Shown here piece after piece: positions 62,182-64,000 of a DNA stretch of 64,000 nt. The DNA lies in the IMG/VR virus record IMGVR_UViG_3300017963_000254, positions 1 through 64,000 of that record, one strand, 5' to 3'. Within the stretch, counting starts at the first letter, position 1. Each line of letters opens with the position of its first letter. This DNA is from a virus. The position numbers were made by a program, and so were the translations under genes. Under the pieces are notes generated by a model that was given only the letters and a program-made list of their open reading frames with translations, made no database searches and was not told the origin of the DNA.

Positions 62182-62190
62182 GTTCTACCC
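62182..62190 (-). promoter_or_regulatory. GGGTAGAAC promoter-like motif, leaderless spacing
   Basis: 6 nt before GTG62175; TAG is the upstream stop. Confidence 0.65.
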
Positions 62191-62496
62191 GGCGCCGTCC
62201 TCCGTCAGCACCTGGGGCGCGGCCTTCTCGCGCGGGTCGTAGGTGCGGAGCGCGCCCATGGGCACGCGCACGCTACCTAGCCCGCCACACGTCGCGCACT
62301 GGGAGCCCTGCTTCGTCTGAGAGCACGCTGGGCAACTCAGGACGACCGTGACCTCGGTCGATTCACGTGGCGGGTTCCGATCGCAGCTCGCGCACTTCCA
62401 CGATCCGTCGTCGTTCTCCACTGCATTCACGACGGCATCCCGATGCAACCCGCACCCTGGGCAGTGGGTCTGGGGGCCGACTTCATTCATCGTCAT
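62185..62496 (-). CDS. Small double Zn-ribbon protein
   Basis: CPGC, CASC, CPAC, CATCGGLG. Confidence 0.65.
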   Translation of the reverse strand: MTMNEVGPQTHCPGCGLHRDAVVNAVENDDGSWKCASCDRNPPRESTEVTVVLSCPACSQTKQGSQCATCGGLGSVRVPMGALRTYDPREKAAPQVLTEDGAG

Positions 62497-62959
62497 CTTC
62501 CTCGCTATCCGTCGCCGGACCGCCGGCGGCGATGATGCTACCTGGTTCCGCCTTCGTCGCCGAGCGTCCGATCTTCTCGAAGCCCGGCGGGGCTAACGGG
62601 AAAGCCTCCCGTATGGAGACGCACAAGTTGATCGCCTGGACCTCGTGCATGTCCGGGGTCTCGTCTTCGAGGACGATCGTTCGGGCGGCGATCCCGTAGA
62701 CACACGCCTCCCAGTCGCTCCTCTCGGCTAACGCGGCCCAGGCCCGGCGGAGCTGGCTTAGCGCTCGTTTCCTGGTCTTCTGATCGCACCGCACCTCGCG
62801 GATCAGCTTACGGTTCTCCTGGAGGAAGTTGGCGATGGGCACGCGTACGTTCCAGCCAGCGTTCTGGCAGGCGACGTACATTCGCCGCCACGCGATGCAG
62901 GCATCCCAGTCCCCCTGATCGTAGGGCCTTGGGGTGTCTTTCCGTCGTGATCGACCCAT
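62483..62959 (-). CDS. Hypothetical protein
   Basis: GGAG before ATG62959; overlaps next gene start. Confidence 0.55.
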   Translation of the reverse strand: MGRSRRKDTPRPYDQGDWDACIAWRRMYVACQNAGWNVRVPIANFLQENRKLIREVRCDQKTRKRALSQLRRAWAALAERSDWEACVYGIAARTIVLEDETPDMHEVQAINLCVSIREAFPLAPPGFEKIGRSATKAEPGSIIAAGGPATDSEEDDDE

Positions 62960-63027
62960 TCCCGGATTCTCCGGTCGGGCAGCTGGCGAGTCCAGAACCG
63001 AGACGGTAGTAGATCCGTACAAAGCGG

Positions 63028-63348
63028 CTACGAAGTCTTCGTGACCGGAGCAGTCGAAACAGCCGGAGCGTTCCGAAAAAGCGGCCGGTTCTGGTCGTCG
63101 ATTGCGACCATCGAAAAGACGTTCTCCGACCACAGGATCCCCTGCACGATGCCGACCCGCTGCCAGAGCTTCTGCTCCGGCCACTTGTCCCTGACCGCGT
63201 TCTGCTTGATGTCGTCGATCATCCACCTGGCGTGAGCCAGACGAAGGTCACCGGACTGAGCCGTGTGCGGCTCCTCGCGGCGGTGCACACCCTGAATCGA
63301 GAGGGTGTTCTCGTAGAGCTGTAGCAGCTCGGTGATCTGCTCGTTCAT
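63028..63348 (-). CDS. Hypothetical protein
   Basis: GGAGG SD; HARWMI...GIVQGIL. Confidence 0.65.
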   Translation of the reverse strand: MNEQITELLQLYENTLSIQGVHRREEPHTAQSGDLRLAHARWMIDDIKQNAVRDKWPEQKLWQRVGIVQGILWSENVFSMVAIDDQNRPLFRNAPAVSTAPVTKTS

Positions 63349-63366
63349 AAGTCCTCCAGAGATGGC

Positions 63367-63375
63367 GTTCTACCG
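63367..63375 (-). promoter_or_regulatory. CGGTAGAAC promoter-like motif
   Basis: Upstream of SD and ATG63348. Confidence 0.55.
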
Positions 63376-63404
63376 AATCGGTCCGACGTATAGAATGGAT
63401 TTCC

Positions 63405-63533
63405 GTGAAGTTACCGAACTGGGTCCGTCGGCTCATCTGCCGATTCCTAGGCCACATCCCTCTCGTAGTGAGGGAGAGACCGGATAAGGTCGTAATGTGC
63501 AAGCGGTGCTGGACCAGGCTGGAGGGACGATGA
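63405..63533 (+). CDS. Small CxxxGH...CxxC protein (42 aa, DUF1660-like; absent from ORF track)
   Basis: MKLPNWVRRLICRFLGH...MCKRCW; TAGAAT upstream; ATGA overlap with next gene. Confidence 0.55.
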   Translation: MKLPNWVRRLICRFLGHIPLVVRERPDKVVMCKRCWTRLEGR

Positions 63534-63865
63534 GCCTATTCGACCGAGTCGTACTGGCCGAATCGACCTCCTCCGACGTATCGGAGATCGTTGAGCACCT
63601 CAAGGACGGCATCAAGCGCGGGAAGTTCTCCCCCGGCGTCAGCATCGACGAAGTATTCGCGACGCTTCCAGTGGAGATCACCATGCGCAGGTTCTCATCG
63701 TTGCTGCGTAAGCACGCCGACGAGATCGGGAAGCGGCTGGGAGTGAAGGGATTCGCTGTGGGCGGCGGCAAGTATGTTCACTCGACTAAGAAGGAGAATT
63801 GGGGGAACATGCCGCACAACAAGGCCGGCGGGTTGCGGGCAGGAACGCTGTGGTGGGCGCGATGA
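63530..63865 (+). CDS. Basic protein with MSLFDRVVLAE leader
   Basis: GGAGG SD; shared leader. Confidence 0.7.
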   Translation: MSLFDRVVLAESTSSDVSEIVEHLKDGIKRGKFSPGVSIDEVFATLPVEITMRRFSSLLRKHADEIGKRLGVKGFAVGGGKYVHSTKKENWGNMPHNKAGGLRAGTLWWAR

Positions 63866-64000
63866 GCCTGCTCGATCGAGTCGTAGGCGAAGCGATCGGC
63901 GCGGCCGGCTCGTGGGACCAGACCAACCCGGTCGGCGTCTCCAAGCAATCGCGCAAGGTGGTCGGGAACTTCCCGCTGCCGCTCCGGCGCAGGCGCGAGA
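63862..64000 (+). CDS. Partial CDS with MSLLDRVVGEA leader
   Basis: ATGA overlap; runs off the window end. Confidence 0.6.
   Translation, partial: MSLLDRVVGEAIGAAGSWDQTNPVGVSKQSRKVVGNFPLPLRRRRE

Noticed and set aside
1-64000. tRNA, rRNA, IS elements, integrase
   Set aside because: None recognised by eye; tRNAscan-SE and cmscan would be needed to exclude small RNAs

Overview
64 kb of a large, high-GC (about two-thirds GC by eye) dsDNA bacteriophage genome; no rRNA, tRNA or CRISPR array seen. Layout: replication/recombination block (1-26 kb: CobS/CobT-like AAA-vWA pair, SSB, DNA methyltransferases, family A DNA polymerase with two inteins, SF2 helicase, RecA-like, Cas4-like, RuvC-like, UDG, sigma factor); packaging/head block (26-50 kb: ECF-like sigma, terminase subunits, a 2086-aa kinase-domain protein, an array of Lys-rich putative internal head proteins); dNMP kinase and class II ribonucleotide reductase with two inteins (50-56 kb); small accessory genes on both strands (56-64 kb). 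Most unusual observations: (1) a polymerase intein whose endonuclease (DUF559/Vsr-like) is encoded in the +1 reading frame; (2) a 16-nt stop-containing gap splitting the terminase Walker A motif; (3) a short peptide motif S-A-[VI]-D-x-L-[AGST]-x-[LI] shared by about nine unrelated proteins; (4) putative virion polyproteins punctuated by T4-gp21-type (L/I)-x-E sites with a shared N-terminal MSLxDRV leader, a pattern also seen on a sigma factor; (5) a recurrent GGGTA[GT]AAC promoter-like motif, in several cases 6 nt before a start codon. All calls come from motif recognition by eye; no database searches were run.
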